Of a stretch of 64,000 bases of DNA, positions 17,570-26,988 are shown piece after piece. The position numbers and the translations under genes are program-made. The stretch comes from Candidatus Latescibacterota bacterium (lineage in GTDB: Bacteria > Latescibacterota > UBA2968 > UBA8231): positions 2,464,001-2,528,000 of the forward strand of contig OZ241867.1 of the NCBI GenBank assembly GCA_965203175.1, written 5' to 3'. Positions within the stretch are counted from its first letter, which is position 1, and each line of letters begins with the position of its first letter. The notes under the pieces are model-generated. The model had not been told where the DNA came from. It did not search any database and saw only the letters and a program-made list of their open reading frames with translations.

Positions 17570-20500
17570 TCAGCGGAGGAAGAACGTGCCAGAAAGCCGA
17601 ACCTCGCGGATCTTCCGCGTCTTGTCTCTGAGGAGGTCTTTGTTGTTCTCGATGCGAATCCGCCCCTCGCCGCGGAAGTTCGCACTGAAGTTATAGGTCA
17701 TGGTCAACTGCGTGCGCCAGATGTTTTTTTTGTCGTTGGGGACGCGCTCTTCGTCTCCCGTGGCGATGGAACGCGTTTCTGCTTCAAACTTCTGTTCCAA
17801 GTTGAGAGTGACGTCGCTTTTGAGGCGGCCTAGCAGGGGCAACCGCTGCGGCTTGAGATTATGAGTGATCTTGAACGTGGTAGTCACTCGCTCTCTGTCT
17901 TGGGTACCGCGCAGAGGCTGAGTGCCGCCGCTCTGTTCACCTAGTTCAAAATCTCGACTCTCCGAGGTGGAGATCACGCGTTCGATGGTCGTCGTCGGTC
18001 CCCAGCGCCAGCGGCCGTTCCACGACGCTCTGAACTCGGTTTTGGTTTCCTCAGAGACCAGGTGACCGGGCATGAGGCTGCCCGCTCCCTCGCTGGCTTC
18101 CGAGGTTTCGAAACTGGCATTTACCTGCGCGCTGTTGATCACCCTCTTTATCAAGGGAAGCCGATCGGCTCGCCCCCAACTGAGGCTCAAGCGCGGGAAG
18201 GTCCGGTCGTTGCGCAGGCGCAGCCGTTGCTGCGAAGCACCGGTATTCTCTGAGGTCTGCTCCTTGGAGTTGACCTTGATGCTGATACCAAAGGGCAAGC
18301 GCATCCCCGAGCCGGCCTCAAACGAGGCCGTCTGCGACCAAGTGTCTCGGAGGGTCAACCCTTGGGAAACTTGTCGCACCCGCAGGGTGTCTTCGAGACC
18401 GAGTTGATAGGAGAGCGAGGGCCGATGCAGCAAGTTGAAGTGGCGCGCCTTGGCGTTGTGCCGCCAACTGGCGTTGACCGGCTCGACGATGCGGCCGGTC
18501 CACCCGGCGAAACGGCGGAAGATATTGGGGCCTTTTTGCTGTTTGGTCTGGTTTTCCTTCTGTTCGGTTTGGCTTTTTTGCTGTTCGGTTGGGCCTTTCT
18601 TTGAGATTGGCTCGTCCTCGTCTGCGTCTCGATTTTGGTTTTGGTTTCGGTCGTCGGGCCGCTGTGCCCTGCGGCTTTGCCCCGGGGACTCGCCCAAGTT
18701 CTTGAGCAAGGTCGGGATTTTGAGATTGAGGCGTGCGGAAAGGTCGTTTTGATTGCGGATTTCGAGGGTCTTGAACGTCAGACCGCTGATCGGATCGATC
18801 GGGGCCACCCCGCGCCGCTGCGCTGGGTCGTTTTGCTCCTCGTAAGTGGCCTTGAAGGTGTAATTTTGGTCCAGCCACGAGACTAAGCGCAGCGAAAGAC
18901 TGAGGTCGGCCGTTTGTCGGCGCCCGACTTCGCGCCCAAAGCTCCGCTTGTCGAGGACGAATTTTTTCCGCAAATCTCGGTTGATTTTGAGATTGTAGTT
19001 GGTCGATAGACCGGTGAGTGGACTGAGCTTAGAGGCATAGGTTTCGACGAGCGTGAAGTCCTCCTGCTCGGTCGGCTCGTCGTCGCCGCGGCGCAGCAGT
19101 CGCGAGGTGCGCCGGCTGCCGTTGACCGAGTAGGTCAGGCTCGAAGGTAGCGGACGGAACTCCATCCGCGTCCAGTTGTTGGGCACGAACGACGGCAGCC
19201 AGCCCATGATCCGCACCGCTGGCTTGGGCAGGGGCATGCTGTAGTTGAAGTTCATCGTCTGAGCCTCGCGCTCGTTGATCGGGCGCACCGGGTCCGAGCT
19301 GTGTTCGCGCGAATGCGACAGCCGCAGGTTCATCTGGTCGAGGGTCCAGCGCAAGAAGAAGTTTTTGCCTTGGCGCCGGCTGATGGACACGTCGTAGAAC
19401 TCTTTGGAGCGGACGGCTTGTTGCTCTAGCTTTTCTTCGGCGGTTAGCTCTACGTCCGATCCAGGGCCGAAGCGCGGCAAGCTGGTCGTGCGGCTGACAT
19501 TTACCTTGAGTGGCATCAAAAATCCCCAGCTACTCGGCAGGAGCTTTTGCGCGTTGGTAGAGACCGCTAGCGCGGCTTCGCGGTCCGTGCTGTTGCCTCC
19601 TTGGCCGGTAAAGCTGCGAAAATTTTCCTGTCGCCAGAGCACATTGCCACCGAAGCTGGCAACGTCGGCCAGCTTGGTGTTGAGCTGAGCGTACGCGGCT
19701 AGCCCAGGGTCGTTGCGCGCCTCGTCGAGGCGAAGTTCGTCGAGCAAGACCCGGCCGCTATACGCGCGGTTTTCCGCTCGGTTGCGCAGGCCGACGCTCA
19801 GTTGCTTGATCGACTGCATCGACGGATTGCCGCGCACCCGGTAAATGGCTTCCTCGCCGCTGCGCAGGCCCGACCGCGCAAAAACTTGGTCTAGGGAGAA
19901 GCGCTCGACTTGGGGGTCGTAGCCGGCCGCGTACAGCGCTTCCAGTTCGCGTTGAGCGATCAAGGTCTTGCCGTCTAGCGGTGCCCCACGCGGATCGATT
20001 ATCCGGTAGGTGTAGTAGAACTCTCCCGTGGTGGTGTCGGCCTGCCCAGATTGCAGGAGGGCCTTGAGCTGGGAGATGACGGGCAGATCCACATCTACTT
20101 GGTTGCCCTTCCAGCCCTTGCGCCCTCCCTCCCAACCCGGGAAGATGGGGCTGATGGCCTCGTAGTAGTTGGTCGAATCCACGCCAAAGCGCACGAAGAG
20201 TACCAAGTCGCTCGAATCGCCGTGTGCGTATTCAATGGTCCCGCTCGAGTCGCCATAGACGTACATGCGCAGCCGCTCATAGCTGGTGTAGTTGGCAGAG
20301 CGGGTCAGGATTCTGGTCGCCGACATCTGGTGCCCAGGTTCTAGGTTTTCGTAGGCCAGCACCAGCGACTGCTCGCGTTCGCGGGTGCGCGACTGCACAT
20401 TGCGGCGAATCTTCACGCCGGGCGGCGGCCGGTAGCTCTGGCTCTTGTCGGTGCCGATGACCGTGATGTCGAGGATCTCGCGGTCGCCGATCGGGAAGCG

Positions 20501-23500
20501 CTCGTCGAGCCGCACTACGTCGTCTTCCTGCCATTTGTTGCCCACGATCTCCACGAGCGCGATCTCGGCTCGCACGGGGTCTTCTACCTCCGGCCGCGGA
20601 CCGCTCGAAAGCATCAGGCGCGCGTATTCGATGCGGGTGGAGTCGGGCAAGCCCACGCGCTCGACATGGGGGCCGAACAGGGGCACTCGGAGCTGACGCC
20701 AGCCCTCGTTTTGGGTGCCGGCGACCTCGTAGTCGCCCGACGACAGGTCGATCTCGTACTGGTAGTAATTGTTGCGTCGGTCGAGCACGCCGTTGCCGTT
20801 GAGGTCTTCTGTGTCTGGCCGATCGCCGCTTTCAACGTCTTTTTTGTTGTTCTCGGTTCCGTTGATATGGCGGTAGTCGTCCTCGTTGCGCTGGTGGTCG
20901 TATTTCCAGTTGTCCCCTTCGGGGTCGTCGGCCGAGCGGTTGGGGCGCAGGGGATCGGGGTCCGGGTAAAGCGCGGTGAAGGCCTGCTTCCGCTCGGCTA
21001 AGGAGCGGGTGGTGTCGAAGGCGGCGTCTTGCAGGCGCAAGTAGAAGTTCAACTCGGCCTCGTCGTCGCGGCCGTCGATACCCACGTCCTCTTCCCGCGA
21101 CACCAATCCGTCGCCTGCTGCTTGCCCGGGGAAGGGCTCGTCTTCGGTGTCGAGGCGGCCGTTGGCGATGTAGTCCTCGTTGATTTGGTCGCCCAAGTTC
21201 ACGTACAAGGTGCCTTCTCGGCCCCGGACCCATATCTCTATGAACTTGGACTCGGAAAAGTCGTTGACGGTTGAGAAGGCGAAGGAGATTCCTCCCCAAG
21301 ACTTGGGGATTTCGGGGCGCGGCGTCAGCTCCATCGCCAGGATGTCGGTGCGCCGATTTTGGGCTTCGATTTGCTCTTCTTGGTTGGGCCAAATGTCGGT
21401 GCGCAGCACTCCGTCGTAGGGATTGTACCAAATGAAGCGCGCGCGATTTTCCGCGCCAAAGCGCTCGTCCTTCGGTGCGCTGGCTGGTACCCAGCGCGGG
21501 CGGTTGACGACCAGTGAGGTGGGCCGCTCGCTGTCTTCAAAGTCGTCGATGTACCCGCGCCCCTTGGTGTTGAGATTGGGACGGCTTTGCGCGACTTCGG
21601 CATCTAAGGTCACTTCTGAAGGAACGGCCGTCTTGATCAGCGGCAGCATGTCGACGACGCGGGTGAGGAGCGGCACCTCTCTCCGGACGCGCAAGTCGAA
21701 GTTCCATATCACTGTGCGCTTCGGCTCGTTGCCCACCCGTACCCGCCGGTCGCTCGAACGTTCGTTGTTGTAGATCATGGTGCTGCCCACGCGCCCGTCG
21801 CCCTCCCAGAATTCGTACTCAGTGCGCAGTCCCAACAGGGTTTTTTGCTGACTGCCGATGTTGAAGACGTCCTCGGACTCAAAGGTAATTTCCAAGTCGG
21901 TGCCGGGATCGGCCACTTCCTGAGCGACCGAGCCGATAAACGTCACACTGCCCGTGTAATCGACTCGGTAGTCGGTATCCCGCGTCAGTGGGCGGCCGTT
22001 TAGCTGGACTTCCACGGTTTCGGGCCGGACGCCGCCGAAGATGCCGCCTAGCCGAATGCGCTGCTCCGAGGAGGCAGCGCGGACGAGGATTTTATAGCGG
22101 CTAGCCTCGATCTGGGCGCGCTGCTGCTGCTCGTTGTAGATGGCGGGGACGGGTTCGTCGAGCAGGCCGCGGTATTTGTCGGAGCGCGGATCAAAGGGGC
22201 GCTGGTCAGGGAAAATCAAGTGCCCGCGGATGTCGTCCAGCCCGATGTAGTCGGCGTCGACGACGCGGTCAGGCGCGCTACCGGGATCTTTGCCGCGCTC
22301 GTCCAAACCCAAAAGTTGCAAATAGGAGCGGCCCTGCTGCGAAAGTTGATCCTCTTGACCGGGCACTTCCTTGGCGATATCGACCTGCAAAGTCTTGGGA
22401 TCGAAGCGGCGGCCAGTGGAAAACCCGGAGGCAATGCGGTACACGTTTTTCCACTCTAGGTTCCAAGTGGGAAAACCTGGACGGGCATTGCGGGCCTTGA
22501 TCAGCTTCAGGTGCAGGGAGTCGGATTCTGCGCCCGCGTTGAGCCGAGCCGTCTCGTGTTGGAGGGTGCCATCGAAGTCCGGCGCACGAGTTTTGAAATG
22601 CACGGCCATGGCATGGGGATCGGATACGGCTCTGTTGAGGATGATATAACCAGCCTCAGCCAAGATCTCATAGTCTTCGTCCGGGTCGAGCCGGTGCCAG
22701 GTTCCCTCCTCAAAGCAGCCGCTGTTGCTCAGGCGATTGCCCGCTGAGTCAAAGCACTCGATGGTGGAAAGGGAGTCGGACGGATCGACCCAAGCAACGC
22801 CGGGCTTGGCGAACAGCTCAGCGTCATTTCTCGTATTGAAGTCGTTGATATAGACTTCAAGGCGACTGATATCGACGAAGTTTTCTGCGCCAAACTGCGG
22901 TCCATCCAACAGCCGGCGGAAGTTGGGGAGGTGGGCGCGGTAGAACTCGTGCAGAAAGAAATACGTGTTGCGGATGTATTGATAGTCTTTGAGTTGGAGC
23001 GTATCGATGGCTGCTCCGCCCTTAAAGGTCTGGCGGTTGGATTTGCTCTTTTCGTGGCTGGCGACGGTCGTAAAGGCCAGCGGGCCGACCTGCCCCTTAG
23101 TGCGGATGCCGAAGAGACCCTTGTTCTTCTGCCGGAAGCCGACGAAGCGAGTATTGGGCAGTTCTAGGGTAGTGTTGCCGGCCTGCACCTCTTGGAATAT
23201 GGAGTCCTCTTCGCCTTCGTAGTCGAGCTTGATCTGGTTGGATAGCTGATCGCCCATATTGGAGCTAAAGGCCGAACCGAAGTCTTGGGTGTTTTGGTCG
23301 ATGCGTATGTTGATCAGTTCGCCGACTTTGCCTTCCACTGTGAAATCGGATTCCTGTTCGATGCCCAGCGAGGGGAACTTGGAGCTTCGTCCGTATGAGG
23401 TCTGCACTTCGCCATCGGTCCACTCGCTCTTGCCAGAAATGATAATGGTGCGCGAACCATTGAGCGCGAGACTGGGGCCTTTGTCGCCGATAAAACGCCG

Positions 23501-23959
23501 CAGGGGCTTGGGCGCGGAAAAGGGCACAGTCCACTCAAAGCGGTTACCCTTGCGCCGACGCTGCTCGGAGGCTGTGCTGCGGAAGTCGCGGCGGATTTGC
23601 TGGTGCCAAAGCTGACGGTGCTTGGCTTGGTATTCCATGCGAAAATAGTCGTTTAGATTCACGGCGACCGCTGGTCCTTCGGCGAATCCGCTGACGCGGC
23701 GGCCGTAGTTGGCCATTCCCAATGAGTCCACCGCGGCTTGGTACGAGATTGGCGCGCGGCTGGGGGCGGGCAAGAGCGGTTGGCCAGCCCCAAAGGCGGC
23801 TTGGTGAGGGACTGTAAAGCGCTGAGAAAGCGGGCCGTACAGCGGCTCAAAGTGCAGGCCAGGCTCGGCGTGTGCCCCCGCCGCGAGCAAGCAAACACAC
23901 AGCCACTGAGACCAGGAAAGCGCTTGGAAGAAAAAGCGGAGCAACACCTCTAAATTCAC
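17570..23959 (-). CDS. sprA: SprA/Sov type IX secretion system outer-membrane translocon
   Basis: 2129 aa with signal peptide. KLDYEGEED, QAGNTTLELP, GLFGI, EWKNVY, DYRVDY, QKTLLG, RVGNEP, GYIDDFE, WYN, WGGI, FIEIW, EDVGIDG, NGTENN, PDTEDLNGNG; beta-strand-rich C-terminus. Confidence 0.92.
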   Translation of the reverse strand: MNLEVLLRFFFQALSWSQWLCVCLLAAGAHAEPGLHFEPLYGPLSQRFTVPHQAAFGAGQPLLPAPSRAPISYQAAVDSLGMANYGRRVSGFAEGPAVAVNLNDYFRMEYQAKHRQLWHQQIRRDFRSTASEQRRRKGNRFEWTVPFSAPKPLRRFIGDKGPSLALNGSRTIIISGKSEWTDGEVQTSYGRSSKFPSLGIEQESDFTVEGKVGELINIRIDQNTQDFGSAFSSNMGDQLSNQIKLDYEGEEDSIFQEVQAGNTTLELPNTRFVGFRQKNKGLFGIRTKGQVGPLAFTTVASHEKSKSNRQTFKGGAAIDTLQLKDYQYIRNTYFFLHEFYRAHLPNFRRLLDGPQFGAENFVDISRLEVYINDFNTRNDAELFAKPGVAWVDPSDSLSTIECFDSAGNRLSNSGCFEEGTWHRLDPDEDYEILAEAGYIILNRAVSDPHAMAVHFKTRAPDFDGTLQHETARLNAGAESDSLHLKLIKARNARPGFPTWNLEWKNVYRIASGFSTGRRFDPKTLQVDIAKEVPGQEDQLSQQGRSYLQLLGLDERGKDPGSAPDRVVDADYIGLDDIRGHLIFPDQRPFDPRSDKYRGLLDEPVPAIYNEQQQRAQIEASRYKILVRAASSEQRIRLGGIFGGVRPETVEVQLNGRPLTRDTDYRVDYTGSVTFIGSVAQEVADPGTDLEITFESEDVFNIGSQQKTLLGLRTEYEFWEGDGRVGSTMIYNNERSSDRRVRVGNEPKRTVIWNFDLRVRREVPLLTRVVDMLPLIKTAVPSEVTLDAEVAQSRPNLNTKGRGYIDDFEDSERPTSLVVNRPRWVPASAPKDERFGAENRARFIWYNPYDGVLRTDIWPNQEEQIEAQNRRTDILAMELTPRPEIPKSWGGISFAFSTVNDFSESKFIEIWVRGREGTLYVNLGDQINEDYIANGRLDTEDEPFPGQAAGDGLVSREEDVGIDGRDDEAELNFYLRLQDAAFDTTRSLAERKQAFTALYPDPDPLRPNRSADDPEGDNWKYDHQRNEDDYRHINGTENNKKDVESGDRPDTEDLNGNGVLDRRNNYYQYEIDLSSGDYEVAGTQNEGWRQLRVPLFGPHVERVGLPDSTRIEYARLMLSSGPRPEVEDPVRAEIALVEIVGNKWQEDDVVRLDERFPIGDREILDITVIGTDKSQSYRPPPGVKIRRNVQSRTREREQSLVLAYENLEPGHQMSATRILTRSANYTSYERLRMYVYGDSSGTIEYAHGDSSDLVLFVRFGVDSTNYYEAISPIFPGWEGGRKGWKGNQVDVDLPVISQLKALLQSGQADTTTGEFYYTYRIIDPRGAPLDGKTLIAQRELEALYAAGYDPQVERFSLDQVFARSGLRSGEEAIYRVRGNPSMQSIKQLSVGLRNRAENRAYSGRVLLDELRLDEARNDPGLAAYAQLNTKLADVASFGGNVLWRQENFRSFTGQGGNSTDREAALAVSTNAQKLLPSSWGFLMPLKVNVSRTTSLPRFGPGSDVELTAEEKLEQQAVRSKEFYDVSISRRQGKNFFLRWTLDQMNLRLSHSREHSSDPVRPINEREAQTMNFNYSMPLPKPAVRIMGWLPSFVPNNWTRMEFRPLPSSLTYSVNGSRRTSRLLRRGDDEPTEQEDFTLVETYASKLSPLTGLSTNYNLKINRDLRKKFVLDKRSFGREVGRRQTADLSLSLRLVSWLDQNYTFKATYEEQNDPAQRRGVAPIDPISGLTFKTLEIRNQNDLSARLNLKIPTLLKNLGESPGQSRRAQRPDDRNQNQNRDADEDEPISKKGPTEQQKSQTEQKENQTKQQKGPNIFRRFAGWTGRIVEPVNASWRHNAKARHFNLLHRPSLSYQLGLEDTLRVRQVSQGLTLRDTWSQTASFEAGSGMRLPFGISIKVNSKEQTSENTGASQQRLRLRNDRTFPRLSLSWGRADRLPLIKRVINSAQVNASFETSEASEGAGSLMPGHLVSEETKTEFRASWNGRWRWGPTTTIERVISTSESRDFELGEQSGGTQPLRGTQDRERVTTTFKITHNLKPQRLPLLGRLKSDVTLNLEQKFEAETRSIATGDEERVPNDKKNIWRTQLTMTYNFSANFRGEGRIRIENNKDLLRDKTRKIREVRLSGTFFLR

Positions 23960-24448
23960 ACCTATCGACGTCTATTGTTTGACATGCTCCCAAACCCCCA
24001 AGGGACGGGAGTCTGAGGCGTCAAACAGCGAGCTATCACCAAATACTTTCGGCGTGCTGCTCGCCAGTCTCAATGAAGAAAACGGTCTTTCAATTGAGGT
24101 TAGCGGAAGCGACTCAGAAGCCTTCACTTGTGGCTCGGCTGGCAAGAGCAATGCACCGAGCGGCTTCTGTATTAACCAAACGCGATAGGCGGTCTCCAAA
24201 CCCAAAAACAGGAGGATGCTGCCCAGACGAAGCGGGCAACTACCTGAAAACATAGCACGCGGCTGCGATTATTTCAAGGAAGCCCTTGCAAAAACCATTC
24301 CCGTTGTGCGGCGCAGTGCGCGTTTTTTGGACGGCGACCTAAGTCATTATATTTGAGGAAACTAGGTCCGTGGCCCGTCCGGGGTATCCCCGCTTGCGAT
24401 GGGGTGCCCTGAGTGCCGCGCACTACAGCCTTGTATCCCTTTCGACCC

Positions 24449-25855
24449 ATGACGACCCTATCCCGCTACGTGCTTAAAGAGCACGGCTGGCCCTTTGTGC
24501 TTGGCTTTGTGCTGATCCTTTTCATCCTGCTGATCGACGTCGTTTTGCAGACGATGGACCAAGTGCTGAGCAAAGGACTAACCCTGTTGGCCGCTCTCCA
24601 GCTTTTGCTTTTCAACTTAGCTTGGATCGTGGCGCTGGCCGTGCCCATGGCCGTGCTCATCGCTGTACTCATGGCCTTTGCCCGCCTCGCCGCCGATGGG
24701 GAAATCATCGCGGCCAAAGCCTGCGGAGTGAGCTTTTGGTCGCTCCTGCGGCCGGTGCTGGTAGCCGCTTTTTTACTCACCCTGCTGATGATTCTTTTTA
24801 ATGATCAGGTTCTCCCGGATTGGAATCACCAAGCCCGCGTCCTGTCGTCGAGCTTGCAACGGACGAAGGCCGCCTTGGTACTGAGGGAAAAGGAAGGGGT
24901 CTTCATACCTAACTTGGGCGACTACCATCTGCTCATCCGCCAGATTGACCCGGAGACTAACGAGCTAGCCGGCATCGCGCTCTACGACGCCTCGCGCCTT
25001 GGGCCGCCGGTGATTCTCCACGCCCCTAGGGGCCGCATCGCGCTGTTGGGAGATGGAGCGTACATCCGCTTGGAGTTGGAGGAAGGCCATGTCCAGCGCG
25101 TCGAATCCAGCCAGGAAGAGCGTTTTTTCTACGGCACCTTCGCCCGCCAAGTGCTGCACATCAAGGACGAGCGCCGCCGCTACGAGCACCGTCCCTCGTC
25201 CTATCGCAGCGACCGCGAGCTAGACATCGCGGCCATGCACCGCTTGGTGCTAGAGCGCCGCCGCGAGCAGGAGCGCGCTTACGGCCGCCTCGATTCGATT
25301 GCTGCGCGCTACCTCGAATTGCACCAAACAGACATCGCGGCCATGCACCGCTTGGTGCTAGAGCGCCGCCGCGAGCGGGAGCGCGCTTACGGCCGCCTCG
25401 ATTCGATTGCTGCGCGCTACCTCGAATTGCACCAAAGCCAGTTTGCCGACTCTACGGTCAATGAGCTAGAGCGAGAAAGGAAACAGGTGGCCGAGGCTCT
25501 GCACCGACAGTGGCGGCACATAGACCGCCGCGCGGGGCGAATCAACGAGTATTTGGTCGAGATTCACAAGAAGCTATCCATCCCGGCCGCCTGCTTGGTT
25601 TTCGCGCTGGTCGGCGCTCCATTGGGCGCGCTGATTCGCCGCCGCGGTGCCGCCGTCTCCGTCGGCGTCAGTTTGTTCTTCTTTTGGATCTACTGGATGT
25701 TCCTCATCGGCGGCGAGGAGCTAGCCGACCGAGGCTATATCCCGCCGCCTTTGGCGATGTGGGCACCCAATTTGGTCTTCGTCCTCGCCGGATGGGGGCT
25801 GTTGCGGGTGGTCGCGTACGACCGCGCTGGGCGCCGAGGGACGAAAGAGGCCTGA
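24449..25855 (+). CDS. lptF: LPS export permease LptF
   Basis: LSRYVLKE, LAVPMAVLIAVLMAFARLAADGEIIA, EIHKKLSIPAAC, MWAPN. Start moved to ATG 24449. Confidence 0.9.
   Translation: MTTLSRYVLKEHGWPFVLGFVLILFILLIDVVLQTMDQVLSKGLTLLAALQLLLFNLAWIVALAVPMAVLIAVLMAFARLAADGEIIAAKACGVSFWSLLRPVLVAAFLLTLLMILFNDQVLPDWNHQARVLSSSLQRTKAALVLREKEGVFIPNLGDYHLLIRQIDPETNELAGIALYDASRLGPPVILHAPRGRIALLGDGAYIRLELEEGHVQRVESSQEERFFYGTFARQVLHIKDERRRYEHRPSSYRSDRELDIAAMHRLVLERRREQERAYGRLDSIAARYLELHQTDIAAMHRLVLERRRERERAYGRLDSIAARYLELHQSQFADSTVNELERERKQVAEALHRQWRHIDRRAGRINEYLVEIHKKLSIPAACLVFALVGAPLGALIRRRGAAVSVGVSLFFFWIYWMFLIGGEELADRGYIPPPLAMWAPNLVFVLAGWGLLRVVAYDRAGRRGTKEA
25222..25437 (+). repeat. 108-bp in-frame tandem duplication inside lptF
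   Basis: Copies at 25222-25329 and 25330-25437; one internal substitution (CAG/CGG) and a different last base. Confidence 0.95.
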
Positions 25856-25856
25856 G

Positions 25857-26930
25857 ATGCGCATCCTCGACCTCTATTTGACGCGTCGCTTCCTGTTGTG
25901 CCTGGGGATCGCCGTGGTCAGCCTATTGCTCATTGCGGTGATTATCGACCTCACCGAAAACATCGATACCTTTATCGACTTTAAAGCTCGTCCCGAGCAG
26001 ATCTTGCTCTACTACGTCTATCGGTTGCCGTACTGGCTCATCCTAACCCTGCCCATCGCCGCGCTACTCGGCGCGCTTTTTGCCCTGACCAGCTTGGCGC
26101 GCCAAAACGAAATCACCGCTATGAAGGCCACTGGCATTAGCCTGTATCGCCTGCTAGCCCCGGTTTTCGCGTGTGCCCTCGCCGTTTCGGTCGCGGCTTT
26201 TTCCTTTACCGATTGGGTGGTTCCGTCTGCTACCTATCGGTACAATCAAATCAGCGACGAGATTAAGTCCTATCACCGCGGTGACGGCTCCCGCCGCCAA
26301 GTCCTGCTCCAAGACGCGGGCAACCAGTTCGTGTACGCCCGCAGCTACGACGCGGGGCGGCAACGCGCCGACGAAGTGTCTTGGGAGCGGCTGCACGGCT
26401 ATGTCCCGCTGGAGCGCGCCGTGGCCCGGCGCATGGAATGGCGGGAGGGCACCTGGGTGCTCTTCGAAGGCCGCCGCTTTCGCTTTGCCGCGGGCGAAGC
26501 CGTGGCGACTTCTTCCTTTGATACTCTATCCCTACCGAGCTTGTCGTTGCTTCCCAGTGACTTTGCTCGTCAGCAGAAGGACCCCGAGGAAATGAACTAC
26601 GCCGAGCTGGCCGACTACATCGCCCGCGCCACGCTCAACGGAGAGGACGCCACGCGCCAGCGAGTCGATTTGCACCTGAAAATATCCTTTCCCCTGACCA
26701 GCTTCATCATCATCGCCCTCGGCGCGACCCTCGGCGCCAATGCCCGCCGCGCCGGCTTGGCCAATAGCTTCGGCTTGGGAGTCCTGCTCTGCTTTGCTTA
26801 TTACAGTTGCGTCAAAGCTGGCCAGGCCCTCGGTTGGAATCATTTGCTTGCGCCTTGGTTGGGTGCGTGGATAGCCAACCTGCTGTTTGCCGTCTTGGCC
26901 TTAGTGCTTATGTGGCGCGTGCCCAAATAA
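25857..26930 (+). CDS. lptG: LPS export permease LptG
   Basis: MRILDLYL, LPIAALLG, LARQNEITAMKATGISL, PEEMNYAEL, KISFP, AWIANLLF. Confidence 0.9.
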   Translation: MRILDLYLTRRFLLCLGIAVVSLLLIAVIIDLTENIDTFIDFKARPEQILLYYVYRLPYWLILTLPIAALLGALFALTSLARQNEITAMKATGISLYRLLAPVFACALAVSVAAFSFTDWVVPSATYRYNQISDEIKSYHRGDGSRRQVLLQDAGNQFVYARSYDAGRQRADEVSWERLHGYVPLERAVARRMEWREGTWVLFEGRRFRFAAGEAVATSSFDTLSLPSLSLLPSDFARQQKDPEEMNYAELADYIARATLNGEDATRQRVDLHLKISFPLTSFIIIALGATLGANARRAGLANSFGLGVLLCFAYYSCVKAGQALGWNHLLAPWLGAWIANLLFAVLALVLMWRVPK

Positions 26931-26959
26931 AAAGGCCGTTCGCCCGTCGGCGAACGGCC
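26929..26959. terminator. Intrinsic terminator between convergent genes
   Basis: Stem GGCCGTTCGCC-cgtc-GGCGAACGGCC with an A-tract on the left (U-tract for the minus strand). Confidence 0.75.
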
Positions 26960-26988
26960 CTTGGGGAGACCCGAATAGGAACAGGTGC

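Noticed and set aside
23972-24253. 93-aa ORF upstream of sprA
   Set aside because: No RBS or recognisable motif; it lies in the divergent sprA/lptF promoter region. It cannot be excluded but is unsupported.
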